Notes: generated from the sequence alone by a model not told the origin. 64,000 nt of DNA from Chrysomallon squamiferum (GCA_012295275.1 CM022672.1:33232001-33296000), one strand, 5' to 3'. Positions 30,062 to 42,090 are shown, counted from the first letter of the stretch. Numbers and translations: made by a program.

Positions 30062-31479
30062 GACAGTGAAAACACAGAATTTAGCTTCACCAGATTTCTC
30101 TTCCGTAATACTAAAAACTAACGTGCGATAAATTCGCCTGTATTCAGATATGCAGACAAATACAGAAAAAAAGAAAGAAAAAAAAAGAAATAACAAATGT
30201 TTTTAAAATTCAGAAATAAAATCGCTTTTATTTCATAGATCTGGTAATAAATGTCTGAAGTCTTTCTAACAGATGTCATTTCAAACTGCGCTTCTGTTGA
30301 TCATCACATTTTTAACGTAGTAAAATTTTAAATTCTGCAAAATAAAAACAAAATAATCCAGAAATGAAAACGCTTTCATTGGACACATCTGGTAATAAAT
30401 GTCTGGTGTTTTTGACACATGTCATTGCAAATGACACTTCTGTTCATCATGGTATTAAAATCATAGCAAATTTTAAATTCTAAAAAATAATAATTTATAA
30501 AAATTCAGGAAATGTATTCGTCTAAAATTGAAAGAATCATCTGTAAATATGCAACAATTTTTATATATTCCCATTATTACTTTACTTCCGCTTCTTTTCT
30601 TTTCTTTTTATTTATATTTATTATACATACGAGTTTAATTCGTTCCATGACCAAGCTCGTAACTCAGTTTGCTCGTATATCAAATCATGTTTCACAACTG
30701 AAATTAACAGAAATACTATTAGTCCGCTCCAGCCCGCAAATATCACTCCAATTATTTGTAATCTGTAAATAAGAAAACATTTATTTATAAATACTGGGGG
30801 CATCGCGGGCATCATCTTCAGGTAAATCTTCAGGTGTTCTTCAGAAAAAGGTAACATCTTCAGGTGTGTCTTCAGGTGTTTTCAGTACAAGGTAACGTCT
30901 TCAGGTTTTCTTCAGCTGTGTCTTCAGGTAAGTCCTAAGACAAGGTAAATTGTTCCGGTGGACATCCTAAGATACATCACTATCTTTTAGTCATACATAC
31001 ATCACACTAGTGATCCGAATATACACTTACCAGACTTCAAGGAAGAGGTCGGAGACCGGGATCTTCAAAGTCCTATCAACGTCTTTTTGAACGAAGTGAC
31101 GTCGTCTTTTTATTGATATCCTTCTTTTTATGTGATATCCTTTCTTTACTCATTTCTTGCCATAATTCCGTGTAATGCCTAACTAAAGGGAGAGAACTCG
31201 TTTTTGCGAATGAGGTCGGAAGAGTTGTCGTCCAACCTGAATAATATTAACTAAATAAAAGGAGATAATTCAATATGTATACTTATTTATTATTTTGTAA
31301 TTTGCTCTATTGCACCACTTCCTGAAATACCTATTTATTACGCAGTTATTTCATGCAATTTTCCATTCTAATGGCATAGAAATCAGATTTTATTTTATTT
31401 TATTTTAAATTGTCAAAAAGAACGTTTGCCGTTCATTTTATTAATTTTGTTTTGTTTTGTTTTATAAAATTTATACATT

Positions 31480-31932
31480 ATGGATAGCGAAGGACAAGAT
31501 CGATATCAGCGATTTCTGTATAAGACATTTATGGATCACGTGACTAACAATAATAAGGCTTCCGTTTTACAGCCACCTTCTGATGATAAAGATGCACGAG
31601 ACTCAAAAGATCAGATACAAGACTCGGCAATATCAAGATATGCAGATACTACTCGTCAACCACTGGATACACATGATACAGTATATCAAAGTAGAGTACC
31701 TCCTGTTACTCCTACTCCTTCGTTACAACCTCCAAGACAAAAGAAAAGACGTTGGATGGATTCAACTGTTATCGATACACCTAAGAATCCGACTGGTGTT
31801 GGTAAAGCTACTGACCAGTACATATTAAATAATCAACATGGAACTGCTTTTGGTCCACAACAAGATATTCAACATTACAAAAGAATCAGGTTAGATACAA
31901 GAAGAAATATCTTAAAACCTAGGGAAGTATGA
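31480..31932 (+). CDS. Cargo counter-strand ORF, 150 aa, Pro-rich with NLS-like RQKKRRW
   Basis: ATG-initiated open frame convergent with the Rep-like ORF, followed by a further degenerate ORF (~31930-32270) and AATAAA at ~32317. Confidence 0.5.
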   Translation: MDSEGQDRYQRFLYKTFMDHVTNNNKASVLQPPSDDKDARDSKDQIQDSAISRYADTTRQPLDTHDTVYQSRVPPVTPTPSLQPPRQKKRRWMDSTVIDTPKNPTGVGKATDQYILNNQHGTAFGPQQDIQHYKRIRLDTRRNILKPREV

Positions 31933-32939
31933 TGATTCATCTTGTGATGTGTTCGGATATCCAGTGAGACGATTTTATTATAGCAGATGGAACAATTTCA
32001 GTGGCTGCTAATAAAAAAATCGACAACTGGAGAAGAAGACGGAAAATACATCAATATTTAAAAACTTTTGATTATGTGGATTATTTCAAATGACTTAAAT
32101 AACTTTAATATAAGAATTGGATGGTTTTTCTTTCATCGTAGACGTTTATTCAGATTAAATATTTTTCGAGCTATAAGACATACTAATGATTTTTGGAAAC
32201 ATTATATAGATTCAAATGGTAGGTGGAATTAATATTTAATATTGATGGTGATAACGATCAAGATGATTAATAATTAACAAAACCTTGCCAGCATACTGTT
32301 GATGCTGTCTACATGCAATAAAAAAGCACATAAAACGTAAGTCTTTGTTATTTTCTTTTATTAGTAGTATTAACGTCTGCAATAAAGAATTTTTGTAAGA
32401 GGTTTCACTTTAACAACAGGTAAAAGATCGTGTTAAGTCGTAATAGTTTTATAGTCTTTTATTCTGTCAGTTAAATGTCCATATTTGTAAACATCTTTCA
32501 TGGCTTTTTCCATTCTTAATTTTTTTTTTGATAGTCCATAAGTTTATTGAGTAATTTCATCACCTTCCTTCCGGCTACAGGACCTTGAACTTTGTAAAAA
32601 GTGTTAGTACTAATGTCTGTGTCAAAACTTAATTCACAAAACAAAAACTAGGTTAAATTGGTGAAAATTAGTAACAAAAGTAGCATATATGCATTTGTTA
32701 ATTTTATTTAAATCAAAATGATTTAAAACTGGCAAATAATGGTTAGTATTAAAATATTCAGCAAAATGGTTAAACTGAAGGAAACATTTCGAAGCAACGA
32801 AAATCTAAACATCTAATTCTAATCTAATGAAAGGCTAAATGTATTTTTTGTCAATTTCTCAATATTAGGCTCTCAAGAATTTCTTAAAGCTTCATCAGCG
32901 ACCATTTCAAACTCGTCTTGACACAGTTCATCTTCAGTA

Positions 32940-33776
32940 TCAACGTCTAATTTGCCAAGTTTTGAACATTTGCATTATGACGTCTTGTGTAGACTGTTTT
33001 GCATGTTGTATCTTTACTAGCCTAGTCTGCTTTTTCAAAGCAGCCCATTCATCATCGTCGTCTTTCTCGTCATCATCAGAAGAAACACGATTATCAAGAG
33101 CTTGCTCTGAGGTGACTTTAACATTGGAACGATAAGCAAGATTGTACTCAAGAAGCAAGCCAAAGTGATTACTTCCCATGAAATGGTAAGTGGTATTTCT
33201 TTGTAAGTATATAAGCAATCCCCTCAGTATAATTACTTTACTGCACTGAACAGACAAACTTACCTGTATTGGTTGATTCTTGAGTCCTCTGAATTGCTTA
33301 TCGTTCCCTGCTGATTTTGCTATTCCTACTTTGATACAGACAAGATGAATATGTCTGTTATCACAATTACAAGAAATGTGAAAATCAGACACATGGATGA
33401 CCATCAAAGTCCTACGTCGACTATTACCGTGAATCGGAGGATTTGTCGGAGGATCAGAAGGTAAAAAGAGCTTTTCTTTATTGATAAAATCTATTACAGA
33501 TTGAACTGGAATCTTATCAACATCAACTTTCTTACTTTGCCATTTAATACATGGTGAGTCAAGACGCTGATGGTCATCCATAGTTTGAGTAAAAACTCTT
33601 TTCTGGTAAATCTTCACACTGCCATCTTCTTCCGTCATTTCCGTTTGAGGTTCGTAGTATTCCGGATGAAGAAGTCTCTCGTGCATCTCGCAGTCCTCCA
33701 CCTTTTCCGGGTTGCATTTTATCACTACATGGTAGAAACTCTCTGTAACTAATGGCGCAATCTTTGATAACGACAT
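32940..33776 (-). CDS. Parvovirus Rep/NS1-like HUH endonuclease domain (endogenous viral element); no helicase domain visible
   Basis: The N-terminal FYHVVIK resembles AAV Rep FYEIVIK. The HUH motif RHIHLV is followed ~48 aa later by LLIYLQR, a candidate catalytic Tyr helix. No SF3 Walker A motif is seen downstream. Confidence 0.62.
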   Translation of the reverse strand: MSLSKIAPLVTESFYHVVIKCNPEKVEDCEMHERLLHPEYYEPQTEMTEEDGSVKIYQKRVFTQTMDDHQRLDSPCIKWQSKKVDVDKIPVQSVIDFINKEKLFLPSDPPTNPPIHGNSRRRTLMVIHVSDFHISCNCDNRHIHLVCIKVGIAKSAGNDKQFRGLKNQPIQVSLSVQCSKVIILRGLLIYLQRNTTYHFMGSNHFGLLLEYNLAYRSNVKVTSEQALDNRVSSDDDEKDDDDEWAALKKQTRLVKIQHAKQSTQDVIMQMFKTWQIRR

Positions 33777-34380
33777 GTTGATATTTGTTTTCTTTTTCCT
33801 GAATGATGTGCTGCAGATCAGGCAGATATCGGTCTAGCCACTCGTCGACTTCTTCCCACTCTGGGTCGTAGAGTAACACAGTCTCTGGCTGACCTGGATC
33901 GCACGTTTCTTCTGTCTCAATAGAATAAACTTGATAAGGAAGTAGATGTACGCCAAACCGTTCAACGGCGTCCACAATAAAACTGTGAAGAGCAGGTTTA
34001 GCAGTCGAGTACAACGTGGTGTTGTTGAAATCGATGTTTGTAGCTTTCGTAGGACATATTTCAGATAGTTGTACAGATTCGCCACTTTTGTCGTAATTTT
34101 CTATTTCGATAGGAACGAGATAAATCTTCTTAAAGTGCCACTCTTCTTCTTCCTGGAAAATAAAAAAGACTTTACGGAGTATTACAATCATTACTCTATT
34201 GTCATCAGGGCGGACTGTGATCACCCACGACGTAATCACTAAATGGATCCTGGATTGAAAAACACAAAAAGACAAGAGATGAACCATCTCTGTTCGAGAA
34301 GAGGACAGAAAAATACAGCAGCTTTTTTCTTCTTCGTTCTGTTGGTGGTTTGCAGATATTTTATACACAGTCTTTTGCAA
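33574..34380 (-). CDS. Cargo ORF-b, copy 2
   Basis: 268-aa open frame highly similar to 25609-26259, overlapping the Rep-like ORF by ~200 nt. Confidence 0.55.
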   Translation of the reverse strand: MQKTVYKISANHQQNEEEKSCCIFLSSSRTEMVHLLSFCVFQSRIHLVITSWVITVRPDDNRVMIVILRKVFFIFQEEEEWHFKKIYLVPIEIENYDKSGESVQLSEICPTKATNIDFNNTTLYSTAKPALHSFIVDAVERFGVHLLPYQVYSIETEETCDPGQPETVLLYDPEWEEVDEWLDRYLPDLQHIIQEKENKYQHVVIKDCAISYREFLPCSDKMQPGKGGGLRDARETSSSGILRTSNGNDGRRWQCEDLPEKSFYSNYG

Positions 34381-34509
34381 CGTGTTTTTATCACAACCAT
34401 CGAAAATAATAAATAAAATGTTTTTTTTTTTACAATGAATAAATGATATCTACACTGATATTTACAACTCTGCGGGAAGACGTCTACGATTAACAGAATC
34501 CAGACAAAA

Positions 34510-34710
34510 CTAGTAATGAATTTTAATACTCACTGAAATGGGCTGCAGCATTCCCTTCGGCAATTCTGATGTGTGATGAAAGACGCCTGAAATGAACGTA
34601 TATTTATACTTTCCCAAGTCACGTGGTTTTACTATATAAGGATAGAAGAACATTCGATGAATGAAACTGCGTAGTGTTCCATATATGGTTATTATACTTC
34701 CGAATAAACC
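34510..34710 (-). pseudogene. 5'-truncated cargo ORF-a abutting the transposase relic (copy 1 at ~25145-25344, +)
   Basis: LFGSIITIYGTLRSFIHRMFFYPYIVKPRDLGKYKYTFISGVFHH... is present in both loaded copies and absent from the empty copy. Confidence 0.45.
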
Positions 34711-35232
34711 TATACGATATAAATTTGTTTTGTGAAGTGTATTTATCTTGGAAATCAGACAAATTATTATGACGCCTTTGGTTGGAGTTATAGCCTTTAT
34801 TGTTTCCAATTTGCTTCAGTATGGTACATGTCGTATACGTTCTGTGCTGGTAAGGCCTAGCCAAGTTGATTACAAGCACATCTCGCTCATGTTTTTCTAT
34901 GATTTCATCCTTTACTTCAATGGACGTCATCCGCTTCTTCTTCTCAGCAAGTGTCCTTTATGCCCATTTTCTTAGTATTCATGATCAGAAGAAAGAAATT
35001 TTGCAAATTTACGCACAAAACGCGTGCACAACGCAACAGAGATGCTTCCACGGGGAGGTAACCACGTGACGTAAACGAGTGAGACGCGGAATAGCGCCAA
35101 CTAGCGAATCTGTAAGTCGCTCGTAACTCGGATTTAACTCGCAACTCAAAGCACCAAATCGCCCCGGAAACTGCTTGTAATTCAGGAAACTCGTAAGTTG
35201 GGGTACTCGTAAGTCAAAGTAGCACTGTATTT

Positions 35233-35264
<32 letters not shown>

Positions 35265-35893
35265 TATATTTGTTTTTTATGGAGTAGAAAAAGAAATGAT
35301 CACAGAAAGATCCATTCTTTGTTACTGTTGTTGTTATTATCATTGTTGCTGTCGCTGTTGTTGTTATTACTATTATTTACTACTATGTAGCTGTCAGTAT
35401 TTTTTCTTTTTACAATTTATGTTATTATTATTATTATTGTTGTTGTTGTTACTATTATTTATTGGTTTTAGAAAGGACCAAATGTACAATCTCTTCAAAT
35501 TTTATCTTCAGTTTTCAGGCTGTCGGTGCAAAATGAAAATAATTATCGGAAACTCCAGTAGTTAGTGTATATACATCTTTGTCTATGGGTGTGCTGGCGT
35601 TTGTGTGTCTGTGTGTCTGTGTGTGTGTGTGTGTGTGTGTTGGAAATATGGCTCATATATTTTTATATAGTTATATGTATGAATGCATTTCTATGAATGT
35701 CGATATCTGTATATGCATTTGTATCTGTGTTATAAATAAACAGGATATTAATCTCAAGTTATATTTTTAAAAAAAGCAAAAAAAAAAAAAAAAGCAAGGG
35801 CTGTATAATACAACATAGTACAATACAACATAGTATAACACAACATGTGTAGTTCCATTTAAAAGATAGAAATACATTTGTGGAAATGCTACA

Positions 35894-36254
35894 CTATATC
35901 AGCCACGATGTATAATGGACAAGACTTTTGTATGCGGTTTCCATGTTTGACAAAATTGGACTGAAACCGTCTTCTTGCCACGGCTGTAACAACCAAGGAA
36001 ACCATCGAAATGGAGCTAATGCAATATTTTGTCCGAAATCTTGATTTAGAACATTACAAAAGCAGGAAGCCAGAATTCCATTAACGACAACAGTTCCCGT
36101 GTCCGTCAGAGGAGCGTACAAACCTGGAAAAAAATTAATAATGTGAATGTGTATGCGTGCGAGCATGTGTCTATTCATATGTAGGTGTAATTGTGCGGAT
36201 ATGTGTGGATGTAACTTTCACTTCATCTGTACGTTGACCTATAGTGTGTATGTG

Positions 36255-36293
<39 letters not shown>

Positions 36294-38270
36294 ACATGTT
36301 AACATGTATGAGTGGGTCAACTACTACTACGACTACCACAATTATAATCCGACACGAATATGAGGTATTACGCTATTAATATTACTACTACTACTGCAAT
36401 TACTATTACCTTCACTTTTTTTTATTATTACTATGCTATCTTTATTATTACTATAACTACCGCTAACATTTCTACACGTTCTTCTACCACAATTACTATT
36501 ACCATTATGCTTACCATAACTTAATTAATACTAGATTACCTTGTTTCTTTGAAAGAAATATTTGTACAACTTGTTCAGGACAGATGTCATCCGAGCAACT
36601 TTTTGTGTCAAAGACGTAATCCCCTGGTTTCACTGATTTAGCAAATCTGAAGAAAGAAACGAACAAATAGAGAATAAGAAAGAATAAATACAATTATGAT
36701 ATATGTGTGTGTGTGTGTGTATATATATGTCCTTGACTTACGAGTGCTCCAGCTTACGAGTTTTCCGAATTACTAGCAGTTGCCCGGTCAATTTTTGCTT
36801 TGAGTTGCGAGCCGTAATCCGAGTTACGAGCGAGTTTCAGATTCGCCGCCGCTAGTTGGCGTAACGAACAACACAACATCCGGCCAGCATCACGCGTCTC
36901 ACTCGTTTACGTCACGTGGTTACCTCGCCATGGAGGCATCTCTGTTGTGTTGTGCACGCGTTTTGTGCTGTATTTGGACAAATTTCTTTCTTCTGACCAT
37001 GGATCGTAAGAAAGCGAGTGCAAAGGACAGTGCTGAGAAGAAGAAGCTGATGATGTCCATTGAATTAAAACATGAAATCGTAGAAAAACACGAGCTAGGT
37101 GTGTGTGTAGTCGACTTGGCTAGGCAGTATGAGCGTAGTAATTCCACGTTATGAACTCCAGCCAAAAGATAGATACACTTTACGAAACCAATTTGTTTCT
37201 TTACAATCTCTTTTATTTTGTTTTTATACAATATTTATTATTTATAAATACATTTTTTCTTTATAAAAACACGTTACGAAAAGTTGGGCTGGTTTCTGCG
37301 GGCTGGAACGGATTAATGGTATTTCTGATAATTTCAGACGAGAAACATGATTTGATACACGAGCAAATTGAGTTACGAGCTCGGTTAGGGAACGAATTAA
37401 ACCCGTAAGTCAAGGTACCACTGTATATATAAAGAGAATTCTGTTTTAATAGTTTACAAAAGATCCTTGATCAATGTTCACGTTTTCATCAAATAGCAAA
37501 TGTTTCAAAATGACAGATATGAAATCTTAAATATCATTGGTATTAAAATGTTAAGATTGACATAAAAGTTATCTACCTTAAACAGTTAAAAATTCAAATG
37601 AATTATTAATTATTAATTATTAAAATATATGTTTAAGATTCACAAATCGGTGATGTACTTACATTCATTTATTGCTAAGAAACCAATTTGAACCTGTTTT
37701 TGGAAATTTATTAAGCAACGACTTTAAGAAAAGTGTAATAAGCACAGGAATAAAAACAAAGAAAACAAACATGGGTTCCAAGTTGGCTGAGGTATTTGTA
37801 GAAGTAAACACAACATGTAATTCGGTGAGAGAAAGTCGATGGCCTTGTTCTGTAATCAGAGTCACAAATGTCGTATTTGGTGCTGGTTGACGATGAAGAA
37901 ATGTTCTGACTTCAGAAAACACTCGCCTTCCGTTTTGTACTGAAAATAAAGAGAACAAATTTTAATTAATAAAATTCATGTCTACAATTTGCTTTGAAAT
38001 CTGGATAAATTAATGTATTCAACACAATTCAAATATTTCAGTCGCAAGAAAACGATTGTCTAAAGACCACTATGCCAGTTTCTACAAATATCGTGATGAA
38101 AACCTGTTTTGTTGTAATTACTCGCGAAGTTTCAGATTCACAAATCTATGGTTCTTCTTCTTCTTCTTCTTCTTCTTTTGTATGTATCTTTATCCTATTA
38201 TTATTATTATATTTATTATTATTATTACTGTTATTATTATTATTATTATTATATTTATTATTATTATTAC

Positions 38271-38303
<33 letters not shown>

Positions 38304-39137
38304 TACTATGAGATATTGAGAAGTTCAATTACAGCTCATTAGGCGATAAGCAATAAGCCGATAAGCAGCAAGTTCTAAGAAAAGTGAACACAAATTCTAT
38401 AAAATTGGTTCAGCTGAGTGACGTAGGTATGTAGAGTGTTAAAGAAAACGTCAGTTTGTGACGTGAAACAGTCAGGTGACGTACCAGCGAGAATCTTCTG
38501 TCCTGCAACAAGATTTTTCATTTTTACAGTCTCTCCATTGTCCAGAAGAACAGCGACGTCACCAGGGAAACAGTCTCTGGAATAAAGCTTTGGTTGCGGA
38601 CACGGCAAGCAACATTCCATCAAGTCTTCTGTAGCAGTGCTGTTCCCTCTGCACGCGCAAGGACAAACTACCAGTCTTTTTCCACACGGACACGGAGTAC
38701 CATTACCATCCGGCTGTATCCGACAATTATTGTATTCATTATTTTAGTGTGCTTTTCTTTTTCATTTCATTTCTTTTATTTATTTATTTATTTATTAATT
38801 TATTTATTACTTTTTCTTTATTACTTTATTACTTTATTTATTTATTTATTATTTGTCAAATTGTTATTCAACACACTAAGAATTCACTTTTGAACAAATT
38901 ACTATCGGCTAAACCGCAAAAAAAAAAAAAGAAAAAAAAAAAAGATCGATGAAAAATGTCTTGAAAGAATGAGTCTCTTAATACAGGCTATGCTTCTTTT
39001 TTGTACATATTGAATTTTTTTTCTCTTCATTTCAGTACTGATATTTTACTGCTGTAATTTAAATACTTAAATCCTATTACTACAGAATCTCAGCTAATGT
39101 TCAGTGATAGTGAAGACATTCCTCTCATTGTTACTGA

Positions 39138-39169
<32 letters not shown>

Positions 39170-39676
39170 ACCTTTATAACCTAATCAATTTGAGACTAAC
39201 TATTAACGTATAAAATAAAGAGGAACACTTACTCCAATTCCAGGAAGTCCGCTAACTGCAAATAATATGTATAATATTAGAAACCTCATTTGTTAATGTC
39301 CTTCATTATTCAGCTAATAATTATCTCTATAATGACAAAAGCACTATTTTAATAAATTGTAATGGGGAACAACTATATGGTGTTCGATCTAAAAATCAGT
39401 CCAGACCTGGAAAGTATAAGTTGCCATGGCAATATTTATTAAGTAATAAATATTATAAATATTAGTAAGTATTATAACAATTGAATCACTGTGGAATAGA
39501 AACTGAAAAGTACTTGGAAGCGATCAATCTCTCTTGAGTGATTCTGAATAACAGAATATGGGTGAAACTAAATTGTGTCCAGTTACGTCCACGTTTATTT
39601 TTAGCTGAATAATGACAAGATATTGAGGTATGGGATCAGATACGAAAAGCGGCTTGAGAAATAATAATAATAATAA

Positions 39677-39726
<50 letters not shown>

Positions 39727-40713
39727 AAAGTAGTAGTAGTAGTAGTAATTGTGGTAGTAAATTTAGAAAAAAAAAACCCGATAAATTAATAATAATAAAA
39801 TAATAATAATAATAATAATAGTAGTAGTAGTAGTAGTAGAAAAAAAAAAAAAAAAAAAAAATGATGATGATGAAATCATCAAAGACTTAATAATAAATAA
39901 ACATAATTACTGAGCGACGTCGTGTACGCATTGGCCGGGGTTAAGCCGTCCTATTGCTTCACGACGTTGATTTTCCGTTAAGCCTGAACAGCGACCCATT
40001 ATAACAGGATAAAAACCTTCCTTTTGTTTTTTTGACAATGTTGGTTCAGTGCATCCGTATTGCACGCGCCTCTGCGAGAGGCACGTGCGCAATGCGTTTG
40101 CACGTGCAGTACACTTGGCCACGTGCGGATATGACACTCGGTGTTCTTTTCATTACCCAAAACAACATGGCGCATACAACTGATGTATTACTAAGTTTTA
40201 TCACTTCATTTCAGTTTACTTGGAAGCTATAAAAAACTTGCTAAACTTTATTTTGGGTTAAGTGTAGTATTCTAAAAGGCTCCGGTTAAGTTCTGGTTTA
40301 ATAATCATCTTATATAGGAGCTGTATAAATGGCGATTGTGGACACATTTTGATGTTTCAACCAACACATCAATATCTTGCAACCAAATACACAGAAACTG
40401 GTCACTATTGGACGTAAATTGGTGATCCTCTAGAATATGAATTTCTCATTTCTTCACTTTTTTTAATGTTAATGTGCGAAAAATTAAAATTCCCTTTTCA
40501 GTTGAGTCGTATTTTCTGGATTATCTATATCCTGCTATATTTGTAGCCTGGTTGGGTCTTGTGAAATTGTTTTGAACTCTTTCTGTCATTGCAAAGAGAT
40601 ACTGAATTTCTTGTTTGACGCTATGTAAAAGCTATGGTTATATTTATCGTATTCTTACCTGTTAAAGATGATTTCACACAAAGAAAACAAAACACGAACG
40701 TTAAAAGATCCAT
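35894..40713 (-). CDS. Hedgehog-related protein A: signal peptide + 8-Cys mini-domain + Hint/Hog domain, 270 aa
   Basis: Exons 40713-40659 (MDLLTFVFCFLCVKSSLT), 39255-39233 (VSGLPGIG), 38713-38485 (PDGNGTPCPCGKRLVVCPCACRGNSTATEDLMECCLPCPQPKLYSRD|CFPGD..), 37939-37771 (FSEVRTFLHR..LSLTELH), 36646-36540 (FAKSVKPGD) and 36123-35894 (GLYAPLTDTGTVVVNGILASCF..APFR..). All GT-AG and phase-consistent, 813 nt with no internal stop. Confidence 0.9.
36731..37423 (+). mobile_element. Empty Tigger/pogo MITE (copy 3, ~0.7 kb) in an intron of Hint gene A
   Basis: CCTTGACTTACGAG ... CGTAAGTCAAGGTACCACTG|TA, with transposase relic MDRKKASAKDSAEKKKLMMSIELKHEIVEKHELGVCVVDLARQYERS. It has the same arms as copies 1 and 2 but no cargo. 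Confidence 0.9.
39907..40266 (-). mobile_element. 5' fragment of a Tc1/mariner element in intron 1 of Hint gene A
   Basis: TA-CACTTAACCCAAAATAAAGTT terminus on the minus strand, then a Tc1-type paired-like HTH start MGRCSGLTENQRREAIGRLNPGQCVHDVAQ, truncated at a microsatellite. Confidence 0.65.
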
Positions 40714-40839
40714 GATAGTAAATTTAACTTCTACAGATTTTTCAATACTGTAATATATATTAGTAGCGTGACTGCTATTTAAATATTCTGTAAAAAAAAA
40801 ATGTTTTTGTTTTCCACCGATATATTCGTCAATGTTCAT

Positions 40840-41184
40840 TAAAATTCAGAACCAAAATAAAGATTCAATTGATCTAGTGATCATGCCTGGCAATGGATTA
40901 TGACAGGTGTCATTTCAAACAGTATTTTTATTTTAACCATCATATTTAAATTGTGCAAAATAAAAACAATTCATGAAGCAAATCGTTTTCATTTAGTAAT
41001 AAATGCCTGCAATATGTTTGATAGTTGTCGTTTCAAATTTCATTTATGTTAATCATTGTTTAAAAAACACATGAATTTTAATTAATTTTTTTTGTTGTTT
41101 TTAAAAATACTGCAAAGTACACAATAATAAAAAACAGTCGCTTTCATGTCACAGATCTAGTATACAATGCCAGTATTTTTTAAA

Positions 41185-41217
<33 letters not shown>

Positions 41218-41453
41218 TATTGCATTGATTTAAAAAAATAATTTTTTTTCCTATTTTTTCAAACAGCACTTCTGTTACTCATTGCCTTTATAACGTAGGC
41301 AATGTCTAAATTCTGCAAAAACAAAAACAAAATTAACAACAACAACAACAACAGTAGTAGTAGTAGTAGCAGCAGCAGTAGTATTAGTAAATCTGAAAAA
41401 AGAAAAGATGATAAAAGCATAAAAAGATAAAAAATTAATAAAATGATCCAAAA

Positions 41454-41492
<39 letters not shown>

Positions 41493-41556
41493 AATGAAAT
41501 AAATAAATAAATTAATAAATAAAATAAATAAAATAAATAAAATGAAATAAAACAAA

Positions 41557-41599
<43 letters not shown>

Positions 41600-41924
41600 C
41601 TTCCTTGGTTTGTTTTACTTTTGTATTAAAAATTTTCATCATCACATTAAAAACTCACTAAGTAACACACGCCTACACTATTTTTGGCAAATGTCCTTTC
41701 GAACTAAGCTTCTGATCATTAGTTGTGTAAATAACGTGAACATTTTAAAATTCTGCTAAATAAAATATAATGCAGAAAGGAAATCGTTTTCATTGCATAG
41801 ATCTTCCAATAAATGCCAGCAGAATTTCCTTTCTTTTTTTTCTTTTTTTTTGATTTATGTCGTTTCAGACAACACTTTTGTTAATCATCGTCTTAAAATC
41901 GTAGGAAATGTTTATAATTTGCCC

Positions 41925-41963
<39 letters not shown>

Positions 41964-42055
41964 ACAAATTAAATTGCATGTAATAAATGCCTACCATGAT
42001 TCTGACATGTCATTTCAAACAGCAGTTTTGTTCATCAGCAAATTTTGTAAATGTA

Positions 42056-42090
<35 letters not shown>

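Larger units (their letters stand above)
30628..35227 (-). mobile_element. Tigger/pogo non-autonomous DNA transposon, copy 2 (inverted), with a longer virus-like cargo
   Basis: Left TIR CAGTGCTACTTTGACTTACGAG on the minus strand from 35227, flanked by TA. Transposase relic ..TSIEVKDEIIEKHERDVLVINLARPY..TTCTILK at ~34800-34980. The right TIR is truncated at 30628. It is collinear with copy 1 in reverse complement. Confidence 0.88.

Noticed and set aside
32940-33776. Helitron Rep as the source of the HUH motif
   Set aside because: It lacks the EFQxRGxPHxH context and a PIF1 helicase, and no clear TC...hairpin-CTRR termini were found. A parvoviral Rep fits better, though this is unconfirmed.
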